NCBI GenBank assembly: GCA_024400785.1
Contig: JAKSME010000003.1
Span: 1 to 48,941 of the forward strand
Direction: 5' to 3'
Source of the DNA: Bacteroidales bacterium
GTDB taxonomy: Bacteria > Bacteroidota > Bacteroidia > Bacteroidales > WCHB1-69
DNA: 48,941 bases
Below are positions 15,673 to 25,701 of this stretch, in pieces. Numbering within the stretch: the stretch's first letter is position 1; each line of letters opens with the position of its first letter. The notes under the pieces are model-generated. The model made no database searches, had not been told where the DNA came from, and saw only the letters and a list, made by a program, of their open reading frames with translations. The position numbers and the translations under genes were made by a program.

Positions 15673-16521
15673 ATGGCAGAACAAAATACATATTCGTATC
15701 AGTACCCGCATCCGGCGGTCACCACCGATGGTGTGATTTTCGGATTCGACGGCAAGGGGTTGCGGGTACTGTGGATAGAGCGCGGGCAGGATCCATGCCA
15801 AGGGAAACTGGCTTTCCCCGGGGGCTTTCTAAACATGGACGAAACCCTGGAGGAATGTGCGCGCCGAGAATTGCAAGAGGAGACCTCGTTGGTAGCCGAA
15901 AAGCTGGAGCAGTTTCATGCTTTTTCCGCCGTGGACCGCGACCCGCGTGAGAGAGTCATCAGTGTTGCCTTTTTCGGTTTGGTGAAGATGGCGGCGGTAC
16001 ATGGCGGCGACGATGCCCAAAGTGCCCAGTGGGTTCGAATCGACGAAGTGCCGCAACTCGCTTTCGATCACGACTATATCTTCCGCGAAGCCATGCGTTA
16101 CTTGAGAAAGAAAATCTTTTTCGAGCCCATCGGCTTTGATCTTTTGGATGAAACTTTCACCTTCCCACAGTTGCAACGCCTCTACGAAGCCATCCTCGGC
16201 ATCCAGTTCGACCGCCGCAACTTCAAGCGGAAAATGTTGCAACTCGGCCTGATTGAAAATGCGGAAGAAAAACGCACAATCAACCCAATGATTGAAGATT
16301 TGGATTCCAACTCTTCAAAAATGGTGATGAAAGACATTGATTGTCTGTTCCTGTCAGCCAGCAACCTCTGTCCACCTCTTGCCCGCTCTGCAAATTTTGC
16401 TCAACAACAAAAAAAAGAGTTTTCACACGAAGTCGGACGCAAACCGCAATGGTTCAAATTCAATAAACGGCGTTATGACGAATTGAAGGAAAATCCAGGA
16501 AGTTTCCGATTGGAATTTTAA
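15673..16521 (+). CDS. NrtR-like Nudix hydrolase / winged-helix regulator
   Basis: The Nudix box GGFLNMDETLEECARRELQEETSL is nearly intact. The C-terminal LAFDHDYIFREAMRYLR...FTFPQLQRLYEAILGIQFDRRNFKRKMLQLGLIE matches the NrtR C-terminal wHTH pattern. Confidence 0.75.
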   Translation: MAEQNTYSYQYPHPAVTTDGVIFGFDGKGLRVLWIERGQDPCQGKLAFPGGFLNMDETLEECARRELQEETSLVAEKLEQFHAFSAVDRDPRERVISVAFFGLVKMAAVHGGDDAQSAQWVRIDEVPQLAFDHDYIFREAMRYLRKKIFFEPIGFDLLDETFTFPQLQRLYEAILGIQFDRRNFKRKMLQLGLIENAEEKRTINPMIEDLDSNSSKMVMKDIDCLFLSASNLCPPLARSANFAQQQKKEFSHEVGRKPQWFKFNKRRYDELKENPGSFRLEF

Positions 16522-16547
16522 GAGCGATACTGCTAAATTTTTCACCC

Positions 16548-17408
16548 ATGAAAAAAAACTCCCAACAAATTTTAATCTGGACCTGTTGCTTGTTGCTTGT
16601 TGCAATGAGTAACTTTGTTTTTGCGCAAACAACTTTCACTGAAGCACTTACGCATTATTTCAAAGTTAAAAACGACACAGTGAATTTCGGAAATAAAACG
16701 ATGCGGTCTGGACTGATACAATATACCGACGGCCTTCGTACCATGGAAATGGTGAAAATTCCCTCCGACATTTCAACATCAGAAATAGTGGATCGGTATA
16801 TGGAAGAACAGCTGACAACCGATTTTATAGAGGAGTACCTCCCCTATTTTACCCGAACCGGAATCACGACGGAACAGCTGAATGAATTGTCGGCTTTAAT
16901 GGAAACGGAGGATGGGAAACGTGCGATGAGCCATTCAAGGACTTTTGAAAGCGTGGAAAACCTGGCTGGAGTCATCAAGATTTTGCAAGAGGACATGATG
17001 AAATTATCGCAAGGAGGCAGGGTGAAGGATAAAACGGCAAATGCTTCCAAGGAACGGCGACAGTTGTTCTCTCAATTTTATAAAAATGCACAAATGGCGG
17101 ACCTCGTAGCAGTATACGTCGAAACTTATTCTATGGTTTTTGCCGTTGATAAAAAAGCGGGGAAACAAGTTCTCAAATATTTTGATAAGAATTGGGAAAC
17201 GTTGCTGCTGAGCGCATCGGATGTTTTAACGGATGAAGATTTAAAGTTTCTCAACCATATAGCAAAATATCCCCAATACAGTAAATGTGTGGAAGCAACA
17301 ACGGCAGCTTTGGACGATATTGTCACCATGTCACGTGCTATTTTAAGCAAATATGAAGAATGGCTGCGAGAGAAATACAATGAAAAAAACACAAAATATC
17401 AGTTTTAA
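16548..17408 (+). CDS. secreted hypothetical protein
   Basis: It has a signal peptide (LLLVAMSNFVFAQ). No family was recognised. Confidence 0.6.
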   Translation: MKKNSQQILIWTCCLLLVAMSNFVFAQTTFTEALTHYFKVKNDTVNFGNKTMRSGLIQYTDGLRTMEMVKIPSDISTSEIVDRYMEEQLTTDFIEEYLPYFTRTGITTEQLNELSALMETEDGKRAMSHSRTFESVENLAGVIKILQEDMMKLSQGGRVKDKTANASKERRQLFSQFYKNAQMADLVAVYVETYSMVFAVDKKAGKQVLKYFDKNWETLLLSASDVLTDEDLKFLNHIAKYPQYSKCVEATTAALDDIVTMSRAILSKYEEWLREKYNEKNTKYQF

Positions 17409-17447
17409 CCTTCAAAAGAATTTTTTTATTAACTTAAAACATTAATT

Positions 17448-18332
17448 ATGAAGACTTTATGTAAATTATGTACCATTGCAATGGTTTTGATTTTCGTCAT
17501 GGCATCCTGCCAAAAAGAGGGTGTTTTCAATCCCAAAAAGAAAATCGACCGTGTTTATTATTCCTTTAGAAGTAATGCCTATGGCGAAAGCACCACCACA
17601 GGCAAATATGTGAAAGAGGTTTGGGATTGGGACGGCAACATTTTGAAAGGCATCGCTTTTTACGATGAAGATGGCGACCTGCAATACACGGAAACCTACA
17701 GCTACGATAAGAATAAAAGACTCAGCGAAATTTCATGGGGCAGCAACAGCAAATATACGATGATTTACGATGGGAAACACCTCTCACGCATTGATTACTA
17801 CTCAGGTTCTACTTTGGAAGAACAAATTGACATCACCCACGATGGCAACCGAATCTCCGAAATGAAAATCACGGACTTCGACAGCAAGGCCGCAGCCGCT
17901 CCCATGTCACCCACAATCTTCCGTTTCTTCCTCCCGAACTTCGACGAACAGTCGGCTGCCAAAGTGCTCGCCCGCATCAACACCGCAAAAGCCACAAAAT
18001 CCACCGATACTTATACCATCAAATTCGAATGGGACGGCAAAAACATTAAGAAATTGACCGAGGAAATGGGTCCTTACAAAAGCACTATCAACTACACCTA
18101 CGACGACATGGCCAATCCTTTCAAGGGTTTGTTTGACATCGACGAATTCACTTTCCTCGAAGCTTGTTCCGCCAACAACGTTGTAAAGGAAACCGCCATC
18201 TTTGAAGACGAGATTGATGAATCCTCTTACTCTTACGTTTACGATGGTAAATACCCGACTTCCAAAACCTACAGCTACGATAATGGAGAGGAGTATTCCT
18301 ACTCATACACCTATTACTACGAATACAAATAA
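17448..18332 (+). CDS. putative lipoprotein, function unknown
   Basis: MKTLCKLCTIAMVLIFVMASCQ is a signal peptide with a lipobox Cys. The body is rich in Tyr and Asp. Confidence 0.6.
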   Translation: MKTLCKLCTIAMVLIFVMASCQKEGVFNPKKKIDRVYYSFRSNAYGESTTTGKYVKEVWDWDGNILKGIAFYDEDGDLQYTETYSYDKNKRLSEISWGSNSKYTMIYDGKHLSRIDYYSGSTLEEQIDITHDGNRISEMKITDFDSKAAAAPMSPTIFRFFLPNFDEQSAAKVLARINTAKATKSTDTYTIKFEWDGKNIKKLTEEMGPYKSTINYTYDDMANPFKGLFDIDEFTFLEACSANNVVKETAIFEDEIDESSYSYVYDGKYPTSKTYSYDNGEEYSYSYTYYYEYK

Positions 18333-18375
18333 CCTGTCTTTAATAAGAATAAAAAAGTTCCCTTTTTCAGATACA

Positions 18376-18408
18376 AACCCCGAAAGTCAGACGAAAACTT
18401 TCGGGGTT
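18376..18408. terminator. bidirectional intrinsic terminator between convergent genes
   Basis: aaccccgaaagt (18376..18387) pairs perfectly with actttcggggtt (18397..18408), then ttattat follows. Confidence 0.7.
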
Positions 18409-18421
18409 TTATTATGCAAGG

Positions 18422-18745
18422 TTATTCCAAATTGTCGCGCAGCGCAATCAGTTTTGCTCTGATTTCCTGCAAAGTTGCCACGGCCTGCGCCTGCGTCGCG
18501 TGCTTTCCGTACTGCTTTTTCAATTCATCCTTTGCTCCTTGCAACGTATATCCTTGAACCTTTGTCAAGTTGTAAATGGTCTGTATCACCTCAATGTCTT
18601 TGGGTGTGAAATAGCGGTCTCCCTTTTTATTCTTAAAGGGCTTGATTTGAGAAAATTCCTTTTCCCAATACCTTAATAACGAGGCATTTACATGAAACAT
18701 CTCTGCTGTGGCGGTAATACTGTAATAAGGTTTGTCCAGCTCCAT
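18422..18745 (-). CDS. MerR-family transcriptional regulator
   Basis: YYSITATAEMFHVNASLLRYWEKEF...DRYFTPKDIEVI is the MerR HTH pattern. Confidence 0.8.
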   Translation of the reverse strand: MELDKPYYSITATAEMFHVNASLLRYWEKEFSQIKPFKNKKGDRYFTPKDIEVIQTIYNLTKVQGYTLQGAKDELKKQYGKHATQAQAVATLQEIRAKLIALRDNLE

Positions 18746-18750
18746 AGCAA

Positions 18751-19542
18751 CTATTTTTTGGTTACAACGGCTTCCTTACCGTCAAAATTCACCCAATAGG
18801 TTCCCTTGTTCAAATCCGCAACATTGATTTTTTGTGCCGTTCCGCGCTTCAAAAACACGCCATTTGCATCGTACAGCTCGTAATGCGTAACTGCCGTAAA
18901 CTCAATGTATTCCTTCACTTTATCGCTCAGTAGCAACACTTTCTTGTTGGGACTTTTCAACTTGATGACCGGAGACGTGAGTTCATTCCCCGCCTCATCT
19001 GTTTGCACAATGCGAAACATATTCATCCCGCTGATTTGAACCGGCAGGAAATTCTCCGCAATCATGTCATCAGGCCGCCCCAACTTCTTCACAACAATCC
19101 ATTTGCCATACAACATCTGCTCCAAGCGATAGTTACAAGCCACATCCATCTCCGTGGCCTTCCATTCCAACAATTTAGTCTTCTTGTTGAAAACAAACGA
19201 CGGCAATGAAAATTCAGATTCATGAATTAGACTTTCACTATTGATAATCAGCGGTTTGGTATGTGGCAGACAGGTGATTTTCACAAAAACGAAATCGTTC
19301 AGTTCATGGCCTTCCAAATTTACTTCAAAGGCATTCGACTCGTGGTTGAAAGCGTACGGTTTTCCATCCACTGTTACTTCTTGCACGCTGAACACCCCGT
19401 TTTCAGAAGGATTGAGTACGTAAACATTTTCCCCTGTATACTTTCCCCACGCTGAAACTTCCTCATTCACAGCACTTTCATCATCTTGCGAAAACGCCAT
19501 CAAGGGGGAAAACAACACCAAGAGTAATAAGAGTTTTTTCAT
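18751..19542 (-). CDS. secreted hypothetical protein, possible T9SS-type C-terminal tail
   Basis: It has a signal peptide (MKKLLLLLVLFSPLMAFSQ). The C-terminal YELYDANGVFLKRG...GTYWVNF resembles a CTD. Confidence 0.6.
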   Translation of the reverse strand: MKKLLLLLVLFSPLMAFSQDDESAVNEEVSAWGKYTGENVYVLNPSENGVFSVQEVTVDGKPYAFNHESNAFEVNLEGHELNDFVFVKITCLPHTKPLIINSESLIHESEFSLPSFVFNKKTKLLEWKATEMDVACNYRLEQMLYGKWIVVKKLGRPDDMIAENFLPVQISGMNMFRIVQTDEAGNELTSPVIKLKSPNKKVLLLSDKVKEYIEFTAVTHYELYDANGVFLKRGTAQKINVADLNKGTYWVNFDGKEAVVTKK

Positions 19543-19543
19543 A

Positions 19544-20251
19544 TCAATTCTTTAATCTCAAATTAAGCGTTTGCATAAAGTCAACGATATCAGGGTTTTC
19601 CTGTCGCAGCACCTCTAATTTGTCTTTTTCATCCAAAATATACTTTTTGGCCTCGCTCGTCGTATCCATCTCGGGAATCACATCATTGATGCGTTCATCA
19701 AAATGAGAACGGAGGTACTGTAAAACAGCATTTTTCTTCATCGCAAAATCGTCCATCTGGAATTGGTTGCGAAGAATGACACGGGCCACATTGTCGTTTA
19801 CTTCAACAGGATAATTGTGAAGTGGGATTCTCAATGTTTGAACATCTTCGAAAACGATGTCGATCATTTCGTTCCAACAGGACAAGAATGCCTCATTATA
19901 CTTTTCAGAACCAACTATAAATGAAGGCATTACGCCACCTTCTTTTCCCTGGGATGGTGCTGCGGTTTGTTGCGGGGCAGCTGGGGAAGTGGGAGTTGGT
20001 GACTGGGGTGGCGCGGATTGATTTTCCATTTGTTCCGTTGGCGGCAGGGGGGACTGTGGCGCGACAGGAGCTTGCGTTGCGGATTGTCTTTCGAGCTGGT
20101 TTTGTGTTTGTGGGGCAACAGCGGGTGGAACCTGCAATGGTGGTGTTGCGGGTGGCAACTGTGCAACAGGCTGATCTTTAACCAAATTGCGGATGGACGG
20201 ACTAGGTTTCACGATAGAATCCGGTGATACAAAACCCATGTTGGATTTCAC
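19544..20251 (-). CDS. dnaX: DNA polymerase III tau C-terminal part (P/Q-rich linker plus C-terminal domain), in a different frame from the ATPase part
   Basis: The P/Q/A-rich linker followed by a conserved C-terminal block is typical of Bacteroidota DnaX C-termini. This frame is open upstream to 20326. Confidence 0.6.
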   Translation of the reverse strand: MKSNMGFVSPDSIVKPSPSIRNLVKDQPVAQLPPATPPLQVPPAVAPQTQNQLERQSATQAPVAPQSPLPPTEQMENQSAPPQSPTPTSPAAPQQTAAPSQGKEGGVMPSFIVGSEKYNEAFLSCWNEMIDIVFEDVQTLRIPLHNYPVEVNDNVARVILRNQFQMDDFAMKKNAVLQYLRSHFDERINDVIPEMDTTSEAKKYILDEKDKLEVLRQENPDIVDFMQTLNLRLKN

Positions 20252-20303
20252 CGGGACGCGCGCATCTACGATACCTTGTATCGGTGCGGCATTACTTGGA
20301 TTT

Positions 20304-21455
20304 TCAGCACTCCCGTGATTGCCTCGCTACAGCAACGGGGGCTCCCTTCCGTTGCTTTACATGAACATAATTGGCATGGATTTTCATCAAGGAAATCTCT
20401 ACCGAGAGCCGCTTGTTATTGGATGCTTTATAATTGAAATCGCACTCATTGGTTAATTCCAATGCTCTGAGTAACAGAACTTTATCTGCTTCTCTCGCTT
20501 GTTGGATATATTTTTCTTTGATAGAATCGGATGTTTCCATCAATTGAACGGTATTGGCATTTTGAGCCATCAGCAAATTGCGGAAGTGGCTGGCCAATCC
20601 AGCGATAAAACTCTGTCCATCAAAACCTTTTACTAAGATATCATCGAAAAGGAGCAATGATTTTGTAGGATCGTCATCAAATAGGTAATCCACCATTTTG
20701 AAATAATTGTCCACGTCCAACACATTCAGGTTGGTGACGGCCGACTGATAGGTGATATTGTTTCCGGAGAAACTTACCAGCTGGTCGAAGATGGAAAGTG
20801 CGTCGCGCAGTGCGCCATCAGCCTTGGTGGCCACGATGCGCAGTGCATCTTCATCAGCCGTAATCCCCTCACTTTTTGCCACGTACTGAAGATGGCGCAC
20901 AATGTCCATCTCTTTAATACGCTTAAAATCATACACTTGACAGCGTGACAAAATGGTGGGGATGATTTTATGTTTTTCGGTAGTTGCCAAAATGAACTTC
21001 GCATACGCGGGCGGTTCTTCCAATGTTTTCAGGAATGCATTGAAAGCGGCCTGAGAAAGCATGTGTACCTCATCGATAACATACACCTTGAATTTTGCAC
21101 CAATCGGAGCAACACGCACTTGAGCCACCAATGCTCGGATGTCTTCCACCGAGTTGTTAGATGCCGCATCCAACTCATACACATTCAGCGATGCCGAATC
21201 ATTGTACGCTTTGCAAGACTCACACTCATTACAGGGTTCGAAATCCTCTGTCGGGTGTTCGCAGTTGAGTGCTTTCGCAAAAATACGGGCACAAGTGGTT
21301 TTACCCACCCCACGCGGACCGCAGAACAGAAATGCTTGAGCCACCTGATGTGTCTTCATCGCATTTTTCAGCGTTGACGTAATGTGCTCCTGTCCGACCA
21401 CAGTATTAAATGTTGAAGGACGGTATTTTCGAGCCGATACAATAAAATTATCCAT
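20304..21455 (-). CDS. dnaX: DNA polymerase III subunit gamma/tau, ATPase domains I-III
   Basis: Walker A GPRGVGKTT, Zn module CNECESC, Walker B VYVIDEVHML and sensor SRC. Confidence 0.9.
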   Translation of the reverse strand: MDNFIVSARKYRPSTFNTVVGQEHITSTLKNAMKTHQVAQAFLFCGPRGVGKTTCARIFAKALNCEHPTEDFEPCNECESCKAYNDSASLNVYELDAASNNSVEDIRALVAQVRVAPIGAKFKVYVIDEVHMLSQAAFNAFLKTLEEPPAYAKFILATTEKHKIIPTILSRCQVYDFKRIKEMDIVRHLQYVAKSEGITADEDALRIVATKADGALRDALSIFDQLVSFSGNNITYQSAVTNLNVLDVDNYFKMVDYLFDDDPTKSLLLFDDILVKGFDGQSFIAGLASHFRNLLMAQNANTVQLMETSDSIKEKYIQQAREADKVLLLRALELTNECDFNYKASNNKRLSVEISLMKIHANYVHVKQRKGAPVAVARQSREC

Positions 21456-21507
21456 AATTTTTTTATTAAGGTATTATGTTATAGATAGTTAGTGTAGAAG
21501 TTGCAGA

Positions 21508-22611
21508 TTATCTATCTCCGAAAGAGATGCCGACGCCGCGGGCGGTACGTACAAGGTCGCTGGTGGCGGGCTTTACGAAATTGGGACTTTCCAATGCTTT
21601 TTCGAGAGACACGTATGAGATTTTGGGGTGGTTGTAAACGACCATGTTCCCATATTTTTCTTCCTTGATAAGTTCAACGGCTTTGACACCGAATTCGGTG
21701 GCAAGAACGCGGTCGTAGGCGATGGGAGTGCCACCTCGTTGCAAGTGACCCAGCACTGTGACGCGGATATCGTGCTCAAGGCCAATGGCTTCGAGTTCTG
21801 CCTTCAGTTTTTCACCGACTCCTCCCAACTTGATATGTTGGTCGCCAACGGCGGTAGGTGCCGCACCGGTAACTTTGCCGTCCAACGCTTTGGCACCTTC
21901 AGCAATCACAATGTTGCAAAAACCGTAATTGTTTTGATAACGGGAGGCGATTTTGTTGGCAATAATGCGTGGGTCATACGGAATTTCTGGAATGATACAC
22001 ACCTCTGCTCCGCCGGCGATGGCCGTATTCAGTGCAATCCAACCGGCATCACGGCCCATCACTTCCATGATGAACACGCGGTTGTGGCTGGATGCTGTGG
22101 TGACCAACTTGTCAAATGCCTCAGTGGCAATTTCTACTGCGGTTTGGAATCCGAAAGTGAAGTCGGTGCATGCCAAATCGTTATCGATGGTTTTTGGAAC
22201 ACCCACCACGTTGAAGCCGAGTTTGGCCAACTCGAGCGAAATGCGTTGCGAACCGTCGCCACCGATGTTGATGATGGCGTCAAAGCCCATCTCATCGAAA
22301 CGCTGTTTCATCAGTTGAGAGCGGTCTTCCACAGTCCAAGAGCCATCAGGTTGTCGGACGGGGAAGTGGAATGGGCCGCCTTTGTTTGTGGTTTTGATGA
22401 TGGTACCGCCTTGCACATGAATGCCGGCGACATCGCTTTCCGTCAAGCGGCGGATATCAATTTCATCGCGCAAGATCCCGTTAAAAGATTCCACGCAACC
22501 ATAAACCTTCATGTCTGGTTCTTGGGCTGCACGCTTGACAATGCCGCGGATCACCGCGTTCAATCCAGGACAGTCGCCACCGCCTGTGGCAACTAAAATT
22601 TTCTTTCCCAT
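21508..22611 (-). CDS. pfkA: ATP-dependent 6-phosphofructokinase
   Basis: Motifs GGDCPGLNAVIRG, GGDGS (Gly rather than Asp, favouring ATP dependence), PKTIDNDL and MGRDAG. Confidence 0.85.
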   Translation of the reverse strand: MGKKILVATGGGDCPGLNAVIRGIVKRAAQEPDMKVYGCVESFNGILRDEIDIRRLTESDVAGIHVQGGTIIKTTNKGGPFHFPVRQPDGSWTVEDRSQLMKQRFDEMGFDAIINIGGDGSQRISLELAKLGFNVVGVPKTIDNDLACTDFTFGFQTAVEIATEAFDKLVTTASSHNRVFIMEVMGRDAGWIALNTAIAGGAEVCIIPEIPYDPRIIANKIASRYQNNYGFCNIVIAEGAKALDGKVTGAAPTAVGDQHIKLGGVGEKLKAELEAIGLEHDIRVTVLGHLQRGGTPIAYDRVLATEFGVKAVELIKEEKYGNMVVYNHPKISYVSLEKALESPNFVKPATSDLVRTARGVGISFGDR

Positions 22612-22614
22612 AAT

Positions 22615-23451
22615 TTATTTGTTGTTTACATGAACAGTGAGTTGGTTGAATGGAATTTCTATACCGTTCTTACCCAGCGTCTCGTATGTATCTTGCTGTA
22701 ATGCAGCGCTAATACTCAGATAATCGTCAGATTTCACCCAAGCGCGAACCGACAAATCCACGGAGCTGGAGCCGAGTCCTGTCACCACCACAGACGGTTC
22801 GTTGCCGGCATCCGTCATAATTTCCGGATACTTTGTCATCATTTCAAGCAGGGCGGCGCGGGCTTTGTTCACATCTTCGCCGTACGCTATTCCGACTGCG
22901 ATTTCCACTCTGCGTTTCCCGCTACGGGTATAGTTGATAAGGGTGGAGGTTGCCAACTGCGTGTTCGGGACAATCACGACTTTATTGTCCAAGGTCACCA
23001 AAACCGTATTAAAAATCTGAATTTCCTTTACTGTACCGGAAAGCCCGTTTTGCTCAATAAAGTCGCCAACGCGGAAAGGCTTCAATATCAGAATGATAAC
23101 ACCACCGGCGAAGTTTTGCAAAGTGCCCTGCAAGGCCATACCCACAGCCAAACCAGCAGCACCCAAAATTGCAATGAAGGAGGTCATCTGGATGCCGACC
23201 ATACCCGCCACCGTGATAATCAGCAAGGTCTTCAGCGCAATGTCAATAATAGAATGCAAAAACGATTGTAATGAGACATCCAATTTCTTTTTAGAAAAGA
23301 TTTTGTGGATGAAATTCGTGAACCATTTGATCAATTTCCAACCGATCCACAGTACTAATAATGCGACAAGAATTTTAGGTAAACTTTGAAACAGAACGTC
23401 TGTGCAAAACTGTTTCAACCCATCTAACAAATGTGAACTTTCTTCTTTCAT
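22615..23451 (-). CDS. mechanosensitive ion channel (MscS family)
   Basis: It has TM helices followed by GTLQNFAGGVIILILKPFRVGDFIE...GTVKEIQIFNTVL...DNKVVIVPN. Confidence 0.85.
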   Translation of the reverse strand: MKEESSHLLDGLKQFCTDVLFQSLPKILVALLVLWIGWKLIKWFTNFIHKIFSKKKLDVSLQSFLHSIIDIALKTLLIITVAGMVGIQMTSFIAILGAAGLAVGMALQGTLQNFAGGVIILILKPFRVGDFIEQNGLSGTVKEIQIFNTVLVTLDNKVVIVPNTQLATSTLINYTRSGKRRVEIAVGIAYGEDVNKARAALLEMMTKYPEIMTDAGNEPSVVVTGLGSSSVDLSVRAWVKSDDYLSISAALQQDTYETLGKNGIEIPFNQLTVHVNNK

Positions 23452-23506
23452 TGATTGAGGAAATAATTAATTGATAATCAGCACTTTTGTAAATTATATG
23501 AAGATT

Positions 23507-23514
23507 GCAAAAGT
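23507..23514 (-). promoter_or_regulatory. -7 promoter box TACTTTTG (minus strand)
   Basis: TAnnTTTG match upstream of the mscS-pfkA operon start at 23451. Confidence 0.45.
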
Positions 23515-23616
23515 ACATTTTTTTTTGGAATTTTTTTGATTGTTTTTCATTTTTTTGTTCTCTTTTTTTATTTGTAAAAATGAATGTGAAAGAGCTGGAT
23601 TTTCAGGAAAAACCCG

Positions 23617-23624
23617 TACCTTTG
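23617..23624 (+). promoter_or_regulatory. -7 promoter box TACCTTTG
   Basis: TAnnTTTG match 18 nt upstream of ATG 23642. Confidence 0.5.
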
Positions 23625-23641
23625 CACCCAATTTTTTAAAA

Positions 23642-24430
23642 ATGAAAAAAAGCATTTTCGTTATCCTTTTGGTCTGCATTTATTCATCGATGAATATATA
23701 TGGACAGTCGAAAGCAGACATCGAATTATTTGGTGATCAGGTGGATACAGCCACCAATATGGTATGGATTAGTGCCAGTTTCGCTTATCAGTGGCCGTTG
23801 GGTTCGCTAAAAGAAACTTTTAAGTCCAACATGAATCTCGGAGCGGATTTAACTTACAAAAACAAACAAAACTGGACTTTCAGCTTGGATTTCAACTATC
23901 TGTTTGGTGCCAAAATCCGTGACCAACGCGCAGTAGTTGGCGATAACATGCTGACAGTCAATGGCGATTTGATTGATGGCAACGGCTTAAAGGCAACAGT
24001 TTACTTTGAAGGCCGTTATTGGAATATCGGTGCCGGGGTGGGCAAAATCATTCCTTTTGGAAAATGGCGCAACTCAGGTCTCTGGCTCAAACTCAACGGC
24101 GGTTATTTCGAACACAAAATTCGCATCCATGACCCCGACAACCAAATTCCTCAACTCGCCGATGATTACAAAAAAGGTTACGATCAGCGTTGTAATGGCT
24201 TCTGTCTCACACAGTTCGTCGGTTATGTGTTTATGCAGAAAGTCCGCGTAGCCAGTTTCTACGCTGGATTTGAAGTCTCTGAAATCTGGTCCAAAAGCAG
24301 TCGCAATTACAACCTCGCACTCATGGGAAAAGACGAAACCAAGAAATTCAGCGTTCTTATCGGGCCGAAATTCGGCTGGATTGTTCCCCTTTTTGAAAAA
24401 AGAAAAATACAAACCTTGTATAGATATTAA
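23642..24430 (+). CDS. putative outer-membrane beta-barrel protein, function unknown
   Basis: Internal ATG gives the signal peptide MKKSIFVILLVCIYSSMNIYGQ. The sequence has an alternating beta-strand character and ends in an aromatic-rich tail (LYRY). Confidence 0.55.
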   Translation: MKKSIFVILLVCIYSSMNIYGQSKADIELFGDQVDTATNMVWISASFAYQWPLGSLKETFKSNMNLGADLTYKNKQNWTFSLDFNYLFGAKIRDQRAVVGDNMLTVNGDLIDGNGLKATVYFEGRYWNIGAGVGKIIPFGKWRNSGLWLKLNGGYFEHKIRIHDPDNQIPQLADDYKKGYDQRCNGFCLTQFVGYVFMQKVRVASFYAGFEVSEIWSKSSRNYNLALMGKDETKKFSVLIGPKFGWIVPLFEKRKIQTLYRY

Positions 24431-24459
24431 TTCCTTTTTGTAGTTAAAATCTATTGATA

Positions 24460-25686
24460 ATGAGACTGTTATACAACATCTTCATCCATCTCTACAATTT
24501 TGGTATCTGCATTGCTTCCCTCTTTAATGAAAAGGCCAAACTTCTGCGAGACGGCAGAAAAAGGACCTTTGAAGTTCTTCATTCTCAATGTGTTGGCGAG
24601 AAAATCATCTGGCTTCATGCAGCTTCTCTCGGTGAATACGAACAGGGAAAGCCTTTGATTCAAAAACTCCGCACCGCGCATCCAGATTGCAAATTTCTCG
24701 TCACCTTCTTTTCTCCTTCTGGCTACGAAGTTAAGAAAAACGACCAAGACATCGACATCGTTTGCTACCTTCCCGCTGATACACCGCGGAATGTAAGACG
24801 TTTCCTCGACATCGTCCGCCCCACAGCCGCTTTCTTTGTCAAGTATGAATATTGGTTCAACTTTATTAAAGGATTGTCAGATAGAGAGATACCATTCTAT
24901 TATCTTTCCGCCATCTATCGCGAGTCCCAGTATTTTTTCAAACCTTACGGCCGATGGTTCGCCCAGCAACTCCATCGTTGCAACCACTTCTTCGTACAAA
25001 ACGAAACTTCTGAAAAGCTACTACAAAGCATTGGAATCAAACAAGTTACAGTTACTGGCGATACCCGTTTCGACCGCGTTTTCTCCATTGCACAACAAAA
25101 TGAGAGTTTGGACTTTATGGAAGAATTTAAGGGCAATTCCAAACTGGTTGTTGTGGGGAGCAGCTGGCAACCTGATGAAAATGTAATTCAACAAATTTGG
25201 CCCGATTTAAAAAATAAGTACAAATTGGTAATCGCTCCACATGTTATTGGTAAAGAGCATATTACTAGCATAGAATCACTTTTTTCCAAAGATAAAGTTA
25301 TCCGTTTTTCGGAGAGAAACGACCAAAATTTAGCAGAGTTTGACATTTTAATCATCGACACCATCGGGCTACTGAGCAAGATATACAAATATGCCGATAT
25401 CGCCATGGTGGGGGGCGCTTTTGCTACTGGATTGCATAATACATTGGAAGCAGCGGTTTTCAAAATTCCAGTTTTCTTCGGCCCCAAATACGAAAAATTC
25501 AATGAAGCTATCGAACTTGTGAACCGCAAAGGTGCCTTTTCCATCCAAAATGCAGAAGAAATGCGACAAATCATGCTTCGTTTCGAAAATGATCCCGACT
25601 TCTACCGCAAAACTTGCGAAATATGTAACTCATTTGTACAAGATAATTTAGGCGCAGTTGATAAAATCATTGCACAACTACAATAA
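24460..25686 (+). CDS. waaA: 3-deoxy-D-manno-octulosonic acid (Kdo) transferase
   Basis: Motifs IWLHAASLGEYEQGKPLI and FFSPSGYE. The first ATG is at 24460; the listed ORF starts at TTG 24454. Confidence 0.85.
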   Translation: MRLLYNIFIHLYNFGICIASLFNEKAKLLRDGRKRTFEVLHSQCVGEKIIWLHAASLGEYEQGKPLIQKLRTAHPDCKFLVTFFSPSGYEVKKNDQDIDIVCYLPADTPRNVRRFLDIVRPTAAFFVKYEYWFNFIKGLSDREIPFYYLSAIYRESQYFFKPYGRWFAQQLHRCNHFFVQNETSEKLLQSIGIKQVTVTGDTRFDRVFSIAQQNESLDFMEEFKGNSKLVVVGSSWQPDENVIQQIWPDLKNKYKLVIAPHVIGKEHITSIESLFSKDKVIRFSERNDQNLAEFDILIIDTIGLLSKIYKYADIAMVGGAFATGLHNTLEAAVFKIPVFFGPKYEKFNEAIELVNRKGAFSIQNAEEMRQIMLRFENDPDFYRKTCEICNSFVQDNLGAVDKIIAQLQ

Positions 25687-25701
25687 CAGATTCACACCGC
25701 C

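Noticed and set aside
16031-16041. gggttcgaatc, which resembles a tRNA T-arm/T-loop.
   Set aside because: It lies inside the NrtR-like CDS (codons QWVRIDE), and no acceptor or anticodon stems flank it.
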